From the NCBI GenBank assembly GCA_963666215.2, contig CAXWPL010000002.1, positions 544,001 through 608,000 on the forward strand: 64,000 nt of DNA, in the 5' to 3' direction. The position numbers and the translations under genes were made by a program. Source of the stretch: Acidobacteriota bacterium (lineage in GTDB: Bacteria > Acidobacteriota > UBA890 > WLXD01). The notes under the pieces were generated by a model. The model saw only the letters and a program-made list of their open reading frames with translations. It did not search any database and was not told where the DNA came from. Positions 40,417 through 50,775 of this stretch are shown piece by piece (the first letter of the stretch is position 1; the number at the start of each line of letters is the position of its first letter).

Positions 40417-42234
40417 CTACCGGAGGGGCATTGGAACGGGCGCCTCGAGAAGCGCCCACGAGGGACCGGCTCCGCGTAGCAGCGCCACCAGCCGGGCGCT
40501 CTCGAGCCAGCTGTCGGTGAGCGCGCCTGGTAGTCGCGGCGGCAGCGAAGATCGCGGTGATGCGGCTGCCACGAGCGCCAGCGCATCGGAGAGCTTCCGT
40601 TGGTCTGACAGCGCCATGCGCACTTCCGTTAGCAGGCTTCCCATCTGTTCGAAAACCGAGCGCGACTCGGGATAAACCTGTAGCGAGATCCCGGCTCGCA
40701 GGGGAATTCCCGCGGCGCGACGAGCAGCCTGTACCGCCAGGTTCAGGCCGCCGATCTTGTCGACCAGATTGAGCTCCAGCGCCTGCTGACCGGTCCACAC
40801 ACGACCGGAGCCGATGGCGTCGACCTCAGCGAGGGTCATGCCGCGGGCGTCGGCAACCTTGGCGAGAAACTCGTCGTATGTCTGTTGAACCGAAGTCTCC
40901 AGTGCCAGGCGCTGCTCTGGCCCGAGTGGTGACGATTCGACAAAGATGGCCGCATTGGCGCCACGAGTGATCGTCTCGTTATTGATGCCGATCTTCTCGT
41001 AGGTGCCCTCCAGGTTGATGCGCGACATGACGACGCCGATCGATCCGGTGTAGGTGCTGGCGTCGGCGTAGACCTCGGTCGCCGCAGTGGCGATCCAGTA
41101 GCCACCGGAGGCGGCAACGTCAGACATGCTCACGATGACCGGCTTGGTTTCGGCGGCCAGCTTGGTCTCGCGCCACATGACGTCGGCCGCGGTGACCGCA
41201 CCACCCGGGCTGTCGACCCGCAAGACGATCGCTGCTACGGACGCATCGCGTCGCGCCCGAGAGATCAGCCGCGCGATGGTCTCACCTCCCGCCACCCTGT
41301 CGCCGAACGGGCCGTCCACGGCGCCACCCGGCACCATCATGCCGTCGACGTGAATGAGCGCGATCTTGGCTGCGCCGCTCAGCCACCCGAAGCTCGTCTC
41401 GCTTCCTCGTAGATAGGCACGGACCGAGGTCGTGCGGAGACGCCCGAGCTTCTCCCTCAAGTCGTGGTTGAGCTCGTCTTCGAATCCGAGCGCGTCGACC
41501 AGACGCAGCTGCTCGGCTCTACGGGCGCCGACAATACCCTCGTCGATCGCAGCCTTGACGGCGGCCGGCTCGAGGCTCCTGCCGGTGGCGATACCGTCGA
41601 CGACGCGGTCGTAAATGTCGTCGAGTAGGCGCTCGAGAAAGGCGCGCTCTTCCGCCGCCATCTCGGTGTCGGTGTAGGCGCTCATCGCGGTCTTGAACGG
41701 ACCCGTGCGGAAGACCTCGAACTCCACTCCGAGACTGTCGAGAAGGTCGCGATAGTACTGTCGGCGCGAGACCAGACCCAGGAGGAAGTTGCCGCTCGGG
41801 ATCTGGTAAATGCGCTCCGCACCGGCGGCAACGTACAGGTCGACCAGCGTGCCGATCTCGACGAGGGCGTAGATCGGCTTGCCGGCATCTCGAACGATCG
41901 CGAGGGCGGAGCGGATTTCCTCCGCCTTGGCGAAGCCCGTTTGCAGCGGGCCGACCCTCAACAACACACCCTCAATCCGCGAATCGTTCGCCGCGCGGCG
42001 CAGCGCCGTGTCGATCTCGCGCAGGCTCAGGGGCCCGACCAAACGATCGCCCCAGAACGACGTTGGGCGCTCCACCACGGGCCCGCTGAGACGCAGCTCG
42101 AGCACGTTGGCTCTGCGGCTCCCTGACGGAATCCCGAGCACCCAGCGGTCGATGAGTCGAGTGCTCGTCCAGAACGCGAAGAGCAACACGCCGAAGCCGA
42201 TCAACAGCCAGGGGACCAAGCGCCGCCGGCTCAC
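40417..42234 (-). CDS. sppA: Signal peptide peptidase SppA (67-kDa type)
   Basis: Tandem S49 domains; RVDSPGG, AASGGYW, TGSIGV and GRVWTG motifs. Confidence 0.93.
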   Translation of the reverse strand: MSRRRLVPWLLIGFGVLLFAFWTSTRLIDRWVLGIPSGSRRANVLELRLSGPVVERPTSFWGDRLVGPLSLREIDTALRRAANDSRIEGVLLRVGPLQTGFAKAEEIRSALAIVRDAGKPIYALVEIGTLVDLYVAAGAERIYQIPSGNFLLGLVSRRQYYRDLLDSLGVEFEVFRTGPFKTAMSAYTDTEMAAEERAFLERLLDDIYDRVVDGIATGRSLEPAAVKAAIDEGIVGARRAEQLRLVDALGFEDELNHDLREKLGRLRTTSVRAYLRGSETSFGWLSGAAKIALIHVDGMMVPGGAVDGPFGDRVAGGETIARLISRARRDASVAAIVLRVDSPGGAVTAADVMWRETKLAAETKPVIVSMSDVAASGGYWIATAATEVYADASTYTGSIGVVMSRINLEGTYEKIGINNETITRGANAAIFVESSPLGPEQRLALETSVQQTYDEFLAKVADARGMTLAEVDAIGSGRVWTGQQALELNLVDKIGGLNLAVQAARRAAGIPLRAGISLQVYPESRSVFEQMGSLLTEVRMALSDQRKLSDALALVAAASPRSSLPPRLPGALTDSWLESARLVALLRGAGPSWALLEAPVPMPLR

Positions 42235-42276
42235 CTCGCCCCTCCGGAGTTGCGAGGGGCCCTGTGGACGGAGATG

Positions 42277-42684
42277 TCAGAAGCGAACATGAAAGCCTTT
42301 CAGTGGCTCGTCAGCGTCTCTGGTCTCGTGCTGACTTTCACGGGTGTTGTCGTCGGGCGACTTCCCCTCAGGATCCTCGGCTCGACCTGGCGTCTTGCGA
42401 CGAGCGGTATGTTCGTTGCTCCGCTCGAGATCGATGACGGCCATTTCGACGGTCTCGACCGCTTCCACGATGGATGCCGGAGGACCGCTGTGGCACCACT
42501 CAACGAACTCATCCGCTCGATCGCGAGGCCCCACGACCAACGCTTCTACCGATCCGTCTCGGCAGTTTCGAACCCACCCGCGCAGCCCCAAGCCGAGCGC
42601 CGATTTGCGAGCACTGGCTCGGTAGAAGACCCCTTGGACGCGACCGCGTACGCGTATCTGCAGACGAACGTCGGCAACGCTCAT
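42277..42684 (-). CDS. acyP: Acylphosphatase
   Basis: GRVQGVFYR and GWVRN...DGSVE motifs. Confidence 0.93.
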   Translation of the reverse strand: MSVADVRLQIRVRGRVQGVFYRASARKSALGLGLRGWVRNCRDGSVEALVVGPRDRADEFVEWCHSGPPASIVEAVETVEMAVIDLERSNEHTARRKTPGRAEDPEGKSPDDNTRESQHETRDADEPLKGFHVRF

Positions 42685-42849
42685 CGCGGCATTCTACCAG
42701 GGAGGGTCACGGCTCCGTGCAACCGACGGCGGTCGCGTTCGACGGCACGTGTTTGCTGCCGGGGTCGGCGCTGTCTACTGTGAGGGCCGGCATCCGATTT
42801 CGATTCGGATCAGCTGGTAGAATAACGCGGCTGGTGGGTATGCGCGGTT

Positions 42850-44274
42850 GTGGTTGCCGCGATCGAGAGGTGCAACATTCCGGTGCGTGAGCTCGGCACC
42901 ATATGGCCCCGCTGGCTGGGTCGGGATCGATTCGGCCAGGCCTTCCTGGTTTTGGCGGTGATCTGGACCGCGACAATGCCCCTGTCGATCGCAGTCGCCG
43001 AGATTGCGCTGTGGTCAGCGGCGGCTCTCTGGGCTGTAGCCTGGGTGCGGCGCGAGTTCTACCACCCCGGTGACGCGCCGGAGCCTGCCGACCGCGGACC
43101 GGCGGGAGACATCTTCTCGCTGATCGGCACTCCCCTCATGGCGTTCTGGTGCGCCTCGGTCATCTCCGCGATGAACTCGCGCGCGCCGGTAGACAGCTTG
43201 TGGGAGTTGCGCGAGATCTTCCTCTTTGCGGTCCCGCTGGTGACCTACCTCGCGTACCGTGACTCCGGCGTGCGCCGGCTCGGCCTGCTGGTGTTTGCCA
43301 TCGGCACGGCGATCGCGATTGCGGTCGGTCTAGCTCAAACGTTCGTGGCCGTGCGCGCGGGGCAGTTCCCGGACGCCTATCGTCCGGACGGCCCGCTGGG
43401 CCACTACATGACGTACGCGGGAACACTGATGCTGGCGTTGCCCGTCCTGCTGATTCCCAGCGGTCGCTGGATCGGCATTGCGTCACGACTGCTGGCGGTG
43501 TCAGCCGCGATGGTGGTGCTGCTCACGATGACGCGGAGCGCCTGGATCGGCTTGGCGGCGGGGCTCTTCGTCTACGCTGGCTGTCGCCTCGTAAGGGGCC
43601 GGGCAGAAACCGATTCTGGCGCGCCCCGACAGGTCGACCCCAGAGCCGCTGCGCGGTCGGGAGCAGGATATGGCGTGCCTCTCCTCGTCGGCATCATCGT
43701 CGCCATCGTCCTGCTGCTGTCGCTTGCCGGCAGCGATGCTCTTCTCGCTCGCGGCGCGAGCATCTTCTCGGTGGACAATCCGGCTAATCTCGACCGACTC
43801 GCGATGGCCGCGACGGGACTTCGTGTTGTTCGTAACCACCCCTTTCTCGGGGTGGGGCCCGGGCTGATGGGGAGGGTCTATCCGGCCTGGGCGGTCGAGT
43901 GGGCCGTGAAGGAATCGAATCCTCACCTACACAACAACGCGCTTCAGGTTGCCGCTGAGCGAGGTCTCATCGGGCTCGCGCTGTGGCTCTGGCTGATGGC
44001 GGCGTTCGTTGTCGGGGCGTGGCGTGTGCTGCGATATTCGGGGCCACTCGGCGAGGGTGGACGCGAAGCGCGGGCGGCACTTGCGGCTCTGGCGGCGTTC
44101 CTCGTGATGGGTCAGTTCGAGTACAACTTCAGCGACTCGGAAGTGCTGATGGTCCTTCTGTTCGTGGGCTCGTTGCCATTCGCGGCGAGCTCGGGAATCG
44201 CGATGCGTGCGGCGCGCCCCAACGAGCTCAGGCCAGTCCCAGCTCCGCAGCCGAGCCACGTAGCGCCTCGATGA
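42850..44274 (+). CDS. O-antigen ligase/polymerase (Wzy_C) family protein
   Basis: TMTRSAWIG, HPFLGVGPG and HLHNNALQVAAERGLIG motifs; multiple TM segments. Confidence 0.88.
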   Translation: MVAAIERCNIPVRELGTIWPRWLGRDRFGQAFLVLAVIWTATMPLSIAVAEIALWSAAALWAVAWVRREFYHPGDAPEPADRGPAGDIFSLIGTPLMAFWCASVISAMNSRAPVDSLWELREIFLFAVPLVTYLAYRDSGVRRLGLLVFAIGTAIAIAVGLAQTFVAVRAGQFPDAYRPDGPLGHYMTYAGTLMLALPVLLIPSGRWIGIASRLLAVSAAMVVLLTMTRSAWIGLAAGLFVYAGCRLVRGRAETDSGAPRQVDPRAAARSGAGYGVPLLVGIIVAIVLLLSLAGSDALLARGASIFSVDNPANLDRLAMAATGLRVVRNHPFLGVGPGLMGRVYPAWAVEWAVKESNPHLHNNALQVAAERGLIGLALWLWLMAAFVVGAWRVLRYSGPLGEGGREARAALAALAAFLVMGQFEYNFSDSEVLMVLLFVGSLPFAASSGIAMRAARPNELRPVPAPQPSHVAPR

Positions 44275-44434
44275 TGTTGTCCACGTGGTCTCGCATCGGC
44301 ACGTCGAGCTCTTCGGCTGCCCGCCGCAGATGATCCCTGTCGATAGCCCGAAAGAACGCCTTGTCCTTGAATTTCTTGGTCACGGACTTCACGGGTAGAT
44401 CCATCACGCTCTTGCTCGGTCGGACGAGACCGAG

Positions 44435-45842
44435 GGGGATGTCCCACCGTCCGTTGAACTAAGGCGACGGTGAAGTGGTTGGGATTGTTACGCAGTACGG
44501 CGCTCCTGCTCAAGGGGAGCGTCGACGGCGGCGTTCAGTGCGGCATCGAGCTTGGCGATGTCGCGGTAGCCACGGACCCTCCGGAAGTGGCTCTCGGCCT
44601 CGATGAGCGCGGTAACCGCCCATCGAACGATCATGCTCCCGAAGCGCCATCTCTTTACGTTGCGGCTGACGTGTTTGATCGTGCCGTTGAGATTCTCGAT
44701 CGTGTTCGTTGAACGCAACGTTCGAAGCAGCGGCCCCTGCACTCCGAGCCGGGTGACGGTGAGCGTCTCTTGCATTCCTTCTCTGAGCGAGGCCGCGGCA
44801 CCCGGGTGATCCGTCTCCAGCTCTTTGGCCACGGCGTCGAGCTGCTTGGTCGCTGCCGCTGCCGTCTCCGCCTTCCAGGCCTTGCGGATCTTCGCCGCGA
44901 ACCAGGGCCGGATATGCCCTGGCAGATGTTCCAAGACGTTCTTGATCTTGTGGACACGGCAGCGCTGGATCAGGGCCCACTCGCCGAACGTGTCGCGCAC
45001 TGCTTTACGGAGGCCCTTGGAGCCATCGATTACCACCAACCGCGCCCGTTCGACGGGCATGCCGCGTTCAATCAACTGCCGCAGCAGCGATCGGCACACA
45101 CGTGAACTCTCGGTGGTGCCTTCTACGACGCCCAGAACATGCTTGACGCCGTCCGTATCGATGCCCATGGCGATCACCAACAGGTGCTTGCCCATGTGCG
45201 TACCGTCGATCACCAGCACCGGCAAGTCCACCTCGTTGAGTGGTTGGGCCAGGTACTGCTGCACCTGCCGGGCGGTACGCGCTACGAACCGCCGCGACAC
45301 ACTCGAGCGACTCGTCCCGGATGAAGTTCGGCCTTCGGGCAGCTGCTCCAACGAGCGCTCATACTTGCGCGTCGTGACGCCGCACAGGATCTGCTCCACG
45401 GCGCGCTCTTCGAGCGGGTCGGTGGCCTTGAACCTCTCCCAGTGCGGCAGCGGCAGCTCTTGGCCATCGACGCTCCGAGCCCGCGGCTTGCGTACCTTGA
45501 CCCGCCGGCCGCCCATCACCAGCGAGCCCTCGTCGTAGCCGTGTCGGTACGCCCGCCGCTGCTGTGACCGTGCGTGGCGTTCTCCGCATAGCTCAGCTCT
45601 GTCTTGCTCGAGCAGCGACCCCAACACCCCGAAGCCGGCGTCCATGACCAGAGCTCGTAGATCCGATCGCGCCGCTACCACGGCCTCCAGCAGCTTGCCC
45701 TCTCGGCGCTCCGCTTTCCTACTCGTCTCTGTTCTGCGACTCTTGCCCATGACGGTGATCCTCCATGCCTAGTGGATTGACCCCGACACACTATCGAGGT
45801 CGGATCACCGTCACCTTTTTCAACGGAAAGCGAGACATCACC
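44435..45842 (-). mobile_element. IS256 family insertion sequence (about 1.4 kb)
   Basis: About 40-bp imperfect terminal inverted repeats, GGTGATGTCTCGCTTTCCGTTGAAAAAGGTGACGGTGA and GGGGATGTCCCACCGTCCGTTGAACTAAGGCGACGGTGA; exact ends uncertain and no clean TSD. Confidence 0.88.
44488..45750 (-). CDS. IS256 family DDE transposase
   Basis: GVTTRKY, VIDG, IDGSKGL, QRCRVHK and STNTIENLN motifs; intact 420 aa. Confidence 0.95.
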   Translation of the reverse strand: MGKSRRTETSRKAERREGKLLEAVVAARSDLRALVMDAGFGVLGSLLEQDRAELCGERHARSQQRRAYRHGYDEGSLVMGGRRVKVRKPRARSVDGQELPLPHWERFKATDPLEERAVEQILCGVTTRKYERSLEQLPEGRTSSGTSRSSVSRRFVARTARQVQQYLAQPLNEVDLPVLVIDGTHMGKHLLVIAMGIDTDGVKHVLGVVEGTTESSRVCRSLLRQLIERGMPVERARLVVIDGSKGLRKAVRDTFGEWALIQRCRVHKIKNVLEHLPGHIRPWFAAKIRKAWKAETAAAATKQLDAVAKELETDHPGAAASLREGMQETLTVTRLGVQGPLLRTLRSTNTIENLNGTIKHVSRNVKRWRFGSMIVRWAVTALIEAESHFRRVRGYRDIAKLDAALNAAVDAPLEQERRTA

Positions 45843-46269
45843 CGGGGGCAACCGCCACGACGAAGCCCACGAGCTCGTCAACCGCGTAGAGAGCACGGTC
45901 CAAGAGACTGCGTCGCGGTACGCCTGTGTGATCGGCGTGCGCCAGTACGGCCTGGAGGATCTCTTCTGGATACCCCTCGGCGCGCAGGATCTCAATGCCG
46001 ACGAAGGGATGCTCCTCGAGCGACGGGTGCTTGTCGTAGTCGAGGTCGTGGAGCAGGCCGGCGATGCCCCAGAGATTCTCGTCCTCACCGTAGTGGCGCG
46101 CGTAGTAGCGCATCGCCACTTCCACCCCGAGCGCGTGCTTGATCAGATGCGGTGTCGTCGTGTGCGCGTGCAACAGCGCAACCGCTTGATCTCGGGAGGG
46201 AAGCATCAGGTCCGGATTCCGGCGCCGGCTGTCGCGGCACCGTGTGCGCCCGCGACTGGCGTGGACGAC

Positions 46270-47373
46270 CTAGTTCTGCCCGAGGCCGAGCCCGAACGGA
46301 CTGTCGAGCGTGATCACCCGGCTGCCGTCACGAGACAGAATTTCATCGCCATCGAGTACGGCCTGGAAATTTCCGTCGGCTTCGAGTTGCCGCAAGGCAG
46401 TCGGCGTAAAGGAACGCAGACGGCCACGCACCACCACCTCCGGCGAATCACCGAGTCGGTCCTCGAGCCAATACCACTCCGACAGCACACGCGAGTTGAA
46501 GAACACTCGGGCACGTCGCCCTTCGCTGTCTTCCACGATTATGTACGGTGCGCGGTTCTCGAGGCGTCGGCCGGTAATTCGAAGGCCGTAGATGTCGACG
46601 CTGCCTCCGGCGATCCTGTTGGAGGTTGTGATGTAGTCCGTGTCTCGGTCGAGATCCTCGAGCGACATCGGTTCGCCCGGCGAGTATCCATCGGCGCTGA
46701 AGCGCATCTCGCCGGTCTCGACGTAGGGAATCGGTGTTCCTTCGGTGCCGTCGGCCGACAGGTAGCTGAACTCGAGGGCGTCGAGGTCGTCCTTGTTGAA
46801 GAACTCTTCGAGCGCTTGCTCCAGGACGAGCTCCTTGGGCACCCATCCCAGGGGGCTTTCGTATAAGGCATGTGTGCGCAGCGAGACCCTGTCGCCCTCG
46901 TTGAAGCTCAGAAGGTCGAGGTTCTCGCCCGCCAGGAGGATCTCGTTGCCGGGCGGCGGCGCTTCGGGGCCGAATTGAAGCATCGTGGGCCGCTCGTCGT
47001 CGCCCTGGTCGCTGGCGCTGCCGTCGTCACCGGCGAGCGTGTCGTTCGAGCCGGTGCTCGCGCTCGAGATCGCACCATTCGTGGTCGCCGGCATGTCGGA
47101 GCTGCGCAGCAGGATCGAGTCCTGATCGACGTGAGCCACCTCGAGATCGGTGATGACGATCTCGATGCTCGGCGGCGGCGCGCTGAGCGCGTGCAGCATG
47201 AAGGCGCGCGGATGGCTGGGGTTGGCCAGGTACTCGGCCATCGTCATCTCTTGAGCCGTCTTCAGGTAGTAGTCCGTGAAGTACGGAACCGCGGTAACGT
47301 AGTAGACGAAGGCCGCCGCTAGGCCAAACAAAAGCCAGTTCAACGGATCGGTGAGCGTCTTCTTGAGCGCCAT
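46270..47373 (-). CDS. Hypothetical membrane-anchored acidic protein
   Basis: 367-aa ORF with N-terminal TM segment and an upstream TATAAT; no family recognised. Confidence 0.7.
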   Translation of the reverse strand: MALKKTLTDPLNWLLFGLAAAFVYYVTAVPYFTDYYLKTAQEMTMAEYLANPSHPRAFMLHALSAPPPSIEIVITDLEVAHVDQDSILLRSSDMPATTNGAISSASTGSNDTLAGDDGSASDQGDDERPTMLQFGPEAPPPGNEILLAGENLDLLSFNEGDRVSLRTHALYESPLGWVPKELVLEQALEEFFNKDDLDALEFSYLSADGTEGTPIPYVETGEMRFSADGYSPGEPMSLEDLDRDTDYITTSNRIAGGSVDIYGLRITGRRLENRAPYIIVEDSEGRRARVFFNSRVLSEWYWLEDRLGDSPEVVVRGRLRSFTPTALRQLEADGNFQAVLDGDEILSRDGSRVITLDSPFGLGLGQN

Positions 47374-47494
47374 CAGACATTGCCTTCAGCGTTTAGCCGG
47401 TGTCGATTGGGGCTGCCCCCCACGGAGGCGCCGAATTATATGCGTAGGTGCTGACTTGTGTCGAGCGGACGAAATCGCGGCTACCGAATCGGGG

Positions 47495-48493
47495 TCAGAT
47501 GCTCGCCGCGAACCGCTCCAGATCATCACGTCGACCCAGCAGGATCAAGGTCGAACCCTCACTGATTTGATGATCTGGCGAGGGGTTGTAAAGCATCTTT
47601 CTGCCGCTGTCCAGCACCGCGACCACAATCAGGCTGAAGCTCTTGCGGATATCGGTCTCCGCAAGCGTGCGGCCAACCAGCCTCGATCGGTCATCTACGA
47701 GCTGTTCTTCGAGCTGCAATTCCAGGTTCTCGCGCGCGGCAACGATTTCTGTGAACTCGTACACCGTCGGTCGAACCACCGACTGCGCCAGGCGCCAGGC
47801 GCCCAGTCGCTCTGGTGAGACCACGCGGTCGGCGCCTGCGGCATAGAGCCTTCGCTCACCTTGCGCCGTTACACTGCGCGCGATCACCGAAGCGTCGGGG
47901 CGGAGGTCCCTCGCTATCAGAGTCACGTACACATTATCGGCGTCGTCCGAGAGCGTTAGCAGGAGGCCGGCGGCGCGCTCGAGGCCGGCGCGCCGCAGCA
48001 CATCTTCGTCGGTGGCGTCGCCAGTGATGGCGGGCAGGCCGTTGTCGGCCGCATGGTTGGTGACTTCGGCGTCGCTGTCGACGACAGCCACCGCCACACC
48101 TTCCGAGCGCAGAATTTCACAGACCTCCTGCCCCACGCGTCCGTAACCGCACACGATGTGGTGCCCGTCGAGTCGAGCCAGCTCGCGCTCCATGCGTCTC
48201 CTTCCCAACACGCGCCGCATTTCGGCCTCGACGATGAGCCGCGAGAGTGTGGCGGCAACATAGCCGAACGCGGCCACGCCCGTGAGGATCAGGGCCCCGG
48301 TCAATACCCGACCCGACGGTGATAGCGGCCGTACTTCCGAGAAACCAACGGTGCTGAGCGTGATGATAACCATGTACAGGCTCTCACCGAGCGACCAGCC
48401 GGGCTCGAGGAGCCAGTAACCCACGGTTCCGCCGACCATGATCACGACGATCAGCAGAATGGCGATGACGACGCGCCTGCCCGAATCCGACAT
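47495..48493 (-). CDS. Potassium channel with RCK (TrkA-N/C) domains
   Basis: TLSTVGF pore motif, VCGYGRVG and GDAT motifs; TrkA-C YNPSPD. Confidence 0.92.
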   Translation of the reverse strand: MSDSGRRVVIAILLIVVIMVGGTVGYWLLEPGWSLGESLYMVIITLSTVGFSEVRPLSPSGRVLTGALILTGVAAFGYVAATLSRLIVEAEMRRVLGRRRMERELARLDGHHIVCGYGRVGQEVCEILRSEGVAVAVVDSDAEVTNHAADNGLPAITGDATDEDVLRRAGLERAAGLLLTLSDDADNVYVTLIARDLRPDASVIARSVTAQGERRLYAAGADRVVSPERLGAWRLAQSVVRPTVYEFTEIVAARENLELQLEEQLVDDRSRLVGRTLAETDIRKSFSLIVVAVLDSGRKMLYNPSPDHQISEGSTLILLGRRDDLERFAASI

Positions 48494-48633
48494 CGCTGCT
48501 TCGGATGCCGTTGCCGGCAGCACTCGCCCGCGACGTACGCGTAGCAGAGCGCGCGTGGGGTTGGAGCGAGTTGCCCGCCTATCGGGTGACACTCCCGCTG
48601 CGCGCGGATGGGCGCCTTCCCCGTCGGACGTGT

Positions 48634-49125
48634 TCAATCGTTCCGGCTCTCCTCGTCATCGTGCAGCGTTGTGAACGAGAGCACCTCGTAGTTGCGCATG
48701 CCACGCGGGGTCGAGACCGAAACCTCGTCGCCGTCGCCGTGGCCGCTGAGCGCACGACCAATCGGCGACGTCACCGAGATACGGCCGACGCTCGGGTCGG
48801 ACTCATCGGCCGAGACCAGCTTGTAGGTGATCTCCTCGTCACGGTCGAGGTCGAACACGATAACGGTAGACCAGAAGCCGATGGAGTCGCGTGGAATCAT
48901 CTCGACGTTCATCGAGGCGATCGCCTGCCGCTTCCTGTAGGCACGCTTCAGCAACGCCTCGACCATGTCCTTGCGCTCCTTGGCCGCCTCGTGCTCGGCG
49001 TTCTCGCTCAAATCGCCGTGCGCAGCGGCCTCGGCGAGCTGCCGCGGCAAATCCACCTTGAGCTCGCGCTCGAGCGCATGGACCTCGGCCTCGATCTTCG
49101 TCAACAACTGTTCGCGAATTCCCAT
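48634..49125 (-). CDS. greA: Transcription elongation factor GreA/GreB family
   Basis: HGDLSENAE and ISVTSPIGRAL motifs. Confidence 0.9.
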   Translation of the reverse strand: MGIREQLLTKIEAEVHALERELKVDLPRQLAEAAAHGDLSENAEHEAAKERKDMVEALLKRAYRKRQAIASMNVEMIPRDSIGFWSTVIVFDLDRDEEITYKLVSADESDPSVGRISVTSPIGRALSGHGDGDEVSVSTPRGMRNYEVLSFTTLHDDEESRND

Positions 49126-49201
49126 GCCCCTGCCTGAGATGGTGCTGCTAGCTCGCCGACATGACGAGGTCAACGCGGCGGCTCGCCGCGGATGGGTGGC
49201 T

Positions 49202-50341
49202 TTAGCGCCGGACGCGCTCCAACGCGTTACGCGCGGCTGCGAGTTCGGGATCGACTCCGAGTGCCTTCAAATACGCCGTCTCGGCTCTCTCGAGCTGACT
49301 CTGATATTCCAGCGCGAGGCCGAGGTTATACCAGCTACCGGCGTCGCGCGGTCGCTCGTTCACGAGGCGCCGGAAGCGACGCTCTGCCTGCGGGTAGTCG
49401 CTCGCCATCAACGCCGCAGTCCCCGCCGCGGCCCAGGCGTCGAGGTCGTCCGGGTGGAGCTCGAGAAATCGTTCGAGCGCCTCGATCGACTCTTCGGCGC
49501 GGCCTGTTCGAACGAGAGCCCGACCCAAGTCGAACAGCGCGTAGTCATAGCCGGGATCGATCCGTAGCGCGCGCTCGAAGTTTTCGACCGCCTCCTGGTA
49601 GCGCTCCTCATTGAAGTCGGAGATGCCGAGGAGGGTCCAATATTCGGGGTCGTCGCGGCCCGGCGCCGTGACGTGAATCCTTTCTTCCCCGATCTCGCCG
49701 TGGGTCATCTCCTCGCCGGGCAAGTGTCCGGCCGGCACCGCTGTGTACAGCACGGAAATCTCGGCCAACATCTGCTCGCGCGGCGCCACGACGAAGATCT
49801 CGGTGAGGAAAACTACGTAGCGACTGACGCGGTAGGCGCCAATGCCCACATGCGTGAACAGCGGATCGAGTCGATTGAGACGATGACCGGCGCTGCCCAT
49901 CAAGCCGCTATGGAGTGCCTTGGGGCTTTGGTTTCGTGCCACGTTCTCTGCATAACGAAGGACCTGCGGAAACGCCAGGCGAACCCGCGACTTCGTGGTA
50001 ACGCCGAAGCGTGGCGACTGGTGCGACACCTGGTTGCGCTGTGCCATGTCGACGCTGTGCTGGTAGGCAACCAGGTCGAGCTGCGTGTGTCCTCGTAGCG
50101 GCTTCAGCCCGGCATCCTCGCGCGAGGCGTTGAGCAGTGCCAGCACCTGCCGGCCGAGTGCGCGGGCGTCGTCGTCGAACTCCCACGGGCCCTCCGGATC
50201 CTGGAGGTTCAAGGGCTGAGCCAGACCCTGGCGATTCCGTGTGGCGGATGTCGAGCGAGCCGCCGCTTGCAGCTCGCCGCCGTCGGCAAGCGCAAGTACA
50301 GCGACGAGGCTCAGGAAAAGAACAGCGCTACGGTTCCGCAT
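49202..50341 (-). CDS. Exported CAP (SCP) domain plus TPR repeat protein
   Basis: LNASR...HSVDMA...AENVA...MGSAGHRLN...FTHVGIG, then about 4 TPRs; signal peptide. Confidence 0.85.
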   Translation of the reverse strand: MRNRSAVLFLSLVAVLALADGGELQAAARSTSATRNRQGLAQPLNLQDPEGPWEFDDDARALGRQVLALLNASREDAGLKPLRGHTQLDLVAYQHSVDMAQRNQVSHQSPRFGVTTKSRVRLAFPQVLRYAENVARNQSPKALHSGLMGSAGHRLNRLDPLFTHVGIGAYRVSRYVVFLTEIFVVAPREQMLAEISVLYTAVPAGHLPGEEMTHGEIGEERIHVTAPGRDDPEYWTLLGISDFNEERYQEAVENFERALRIDPGYDYALFDLGRALVRTGRAEESIEALERFLELHPDDLDAWAAAGTAALMASDYPQAERRFRRLVNERPRDAGSWYNLGLALEYQSQLERAETAYLKALGVDPELAAARNALERVRR

Positions 50342-50760
50342 GCCAGGTTGAACTGCATGATCAGCACCGCGAGGCGGTGTAGTTGTGGGAAGTCGGGGTG
50401 GTCACCGTTGTGCTCCTCGCGCAGACGACGGATGCGCGGCGCCAGAACCAGCATCGAGTAGATCGCAGAGGTGCTCATCATGCCGATGCACACGTACTCG
50501 ATCGCGTACCAACGGGACATGCGCCCGTACCACAAGATGAACAGCACACTGGTGACGACGAGCGCCACGATGCAGCCGACCACGAGGCGATCGAAGCGAC
50601 GAAGGATCGCTCCCATGAGCGTCCCCGCCTGGCGGCGATTCGGTAGGAGCTTGAAGGTGGTCGGCGCCGCCAGCATCCCGATGGCTACGATTCCGCCCAC
50701 CCACAGCCCGAGCGCTGTCGTGTGGACGAAGTGCAGGATCAAGAAGGTCCAATTGGGCAT
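50311..50760 (-). CDS. DUF4149/CopD-like 4-TM membrane protein
   Basis: LWVGG...APTTF...AG...F and FPQLHRLA motifs. Confidence 0.75.
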   Translation of the reverse strand: MPNWTFLILHFVHTTALGLWVGGIVAIGMLAAPTTFKLLPNRRQAGTLMGAILRRFDRLVVGCIVALVVTSVLFILWYGRMSRWYAIEYVCIGMMSTSAIYSMLVLAPRIRRLREEHNGDHPDFPQLHRLAVLIMQFNLACGTVALFFS

Positions 50761-50775
50761 TGGCGCTCGACGCTC

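Larger units (their letters stand above)
44228..46206 (-). pseudogene. HDIG/HD-domain hydrolase interrupted by IS256
   Basis: 5' part 45847-46206 (KHALGVE, LLHDLDY, DELVGFVVAVA) and 3' part 44228-44428 (LVRPSKS...KKFKDKAF...*) flank the IS. Confidence 0.9.
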
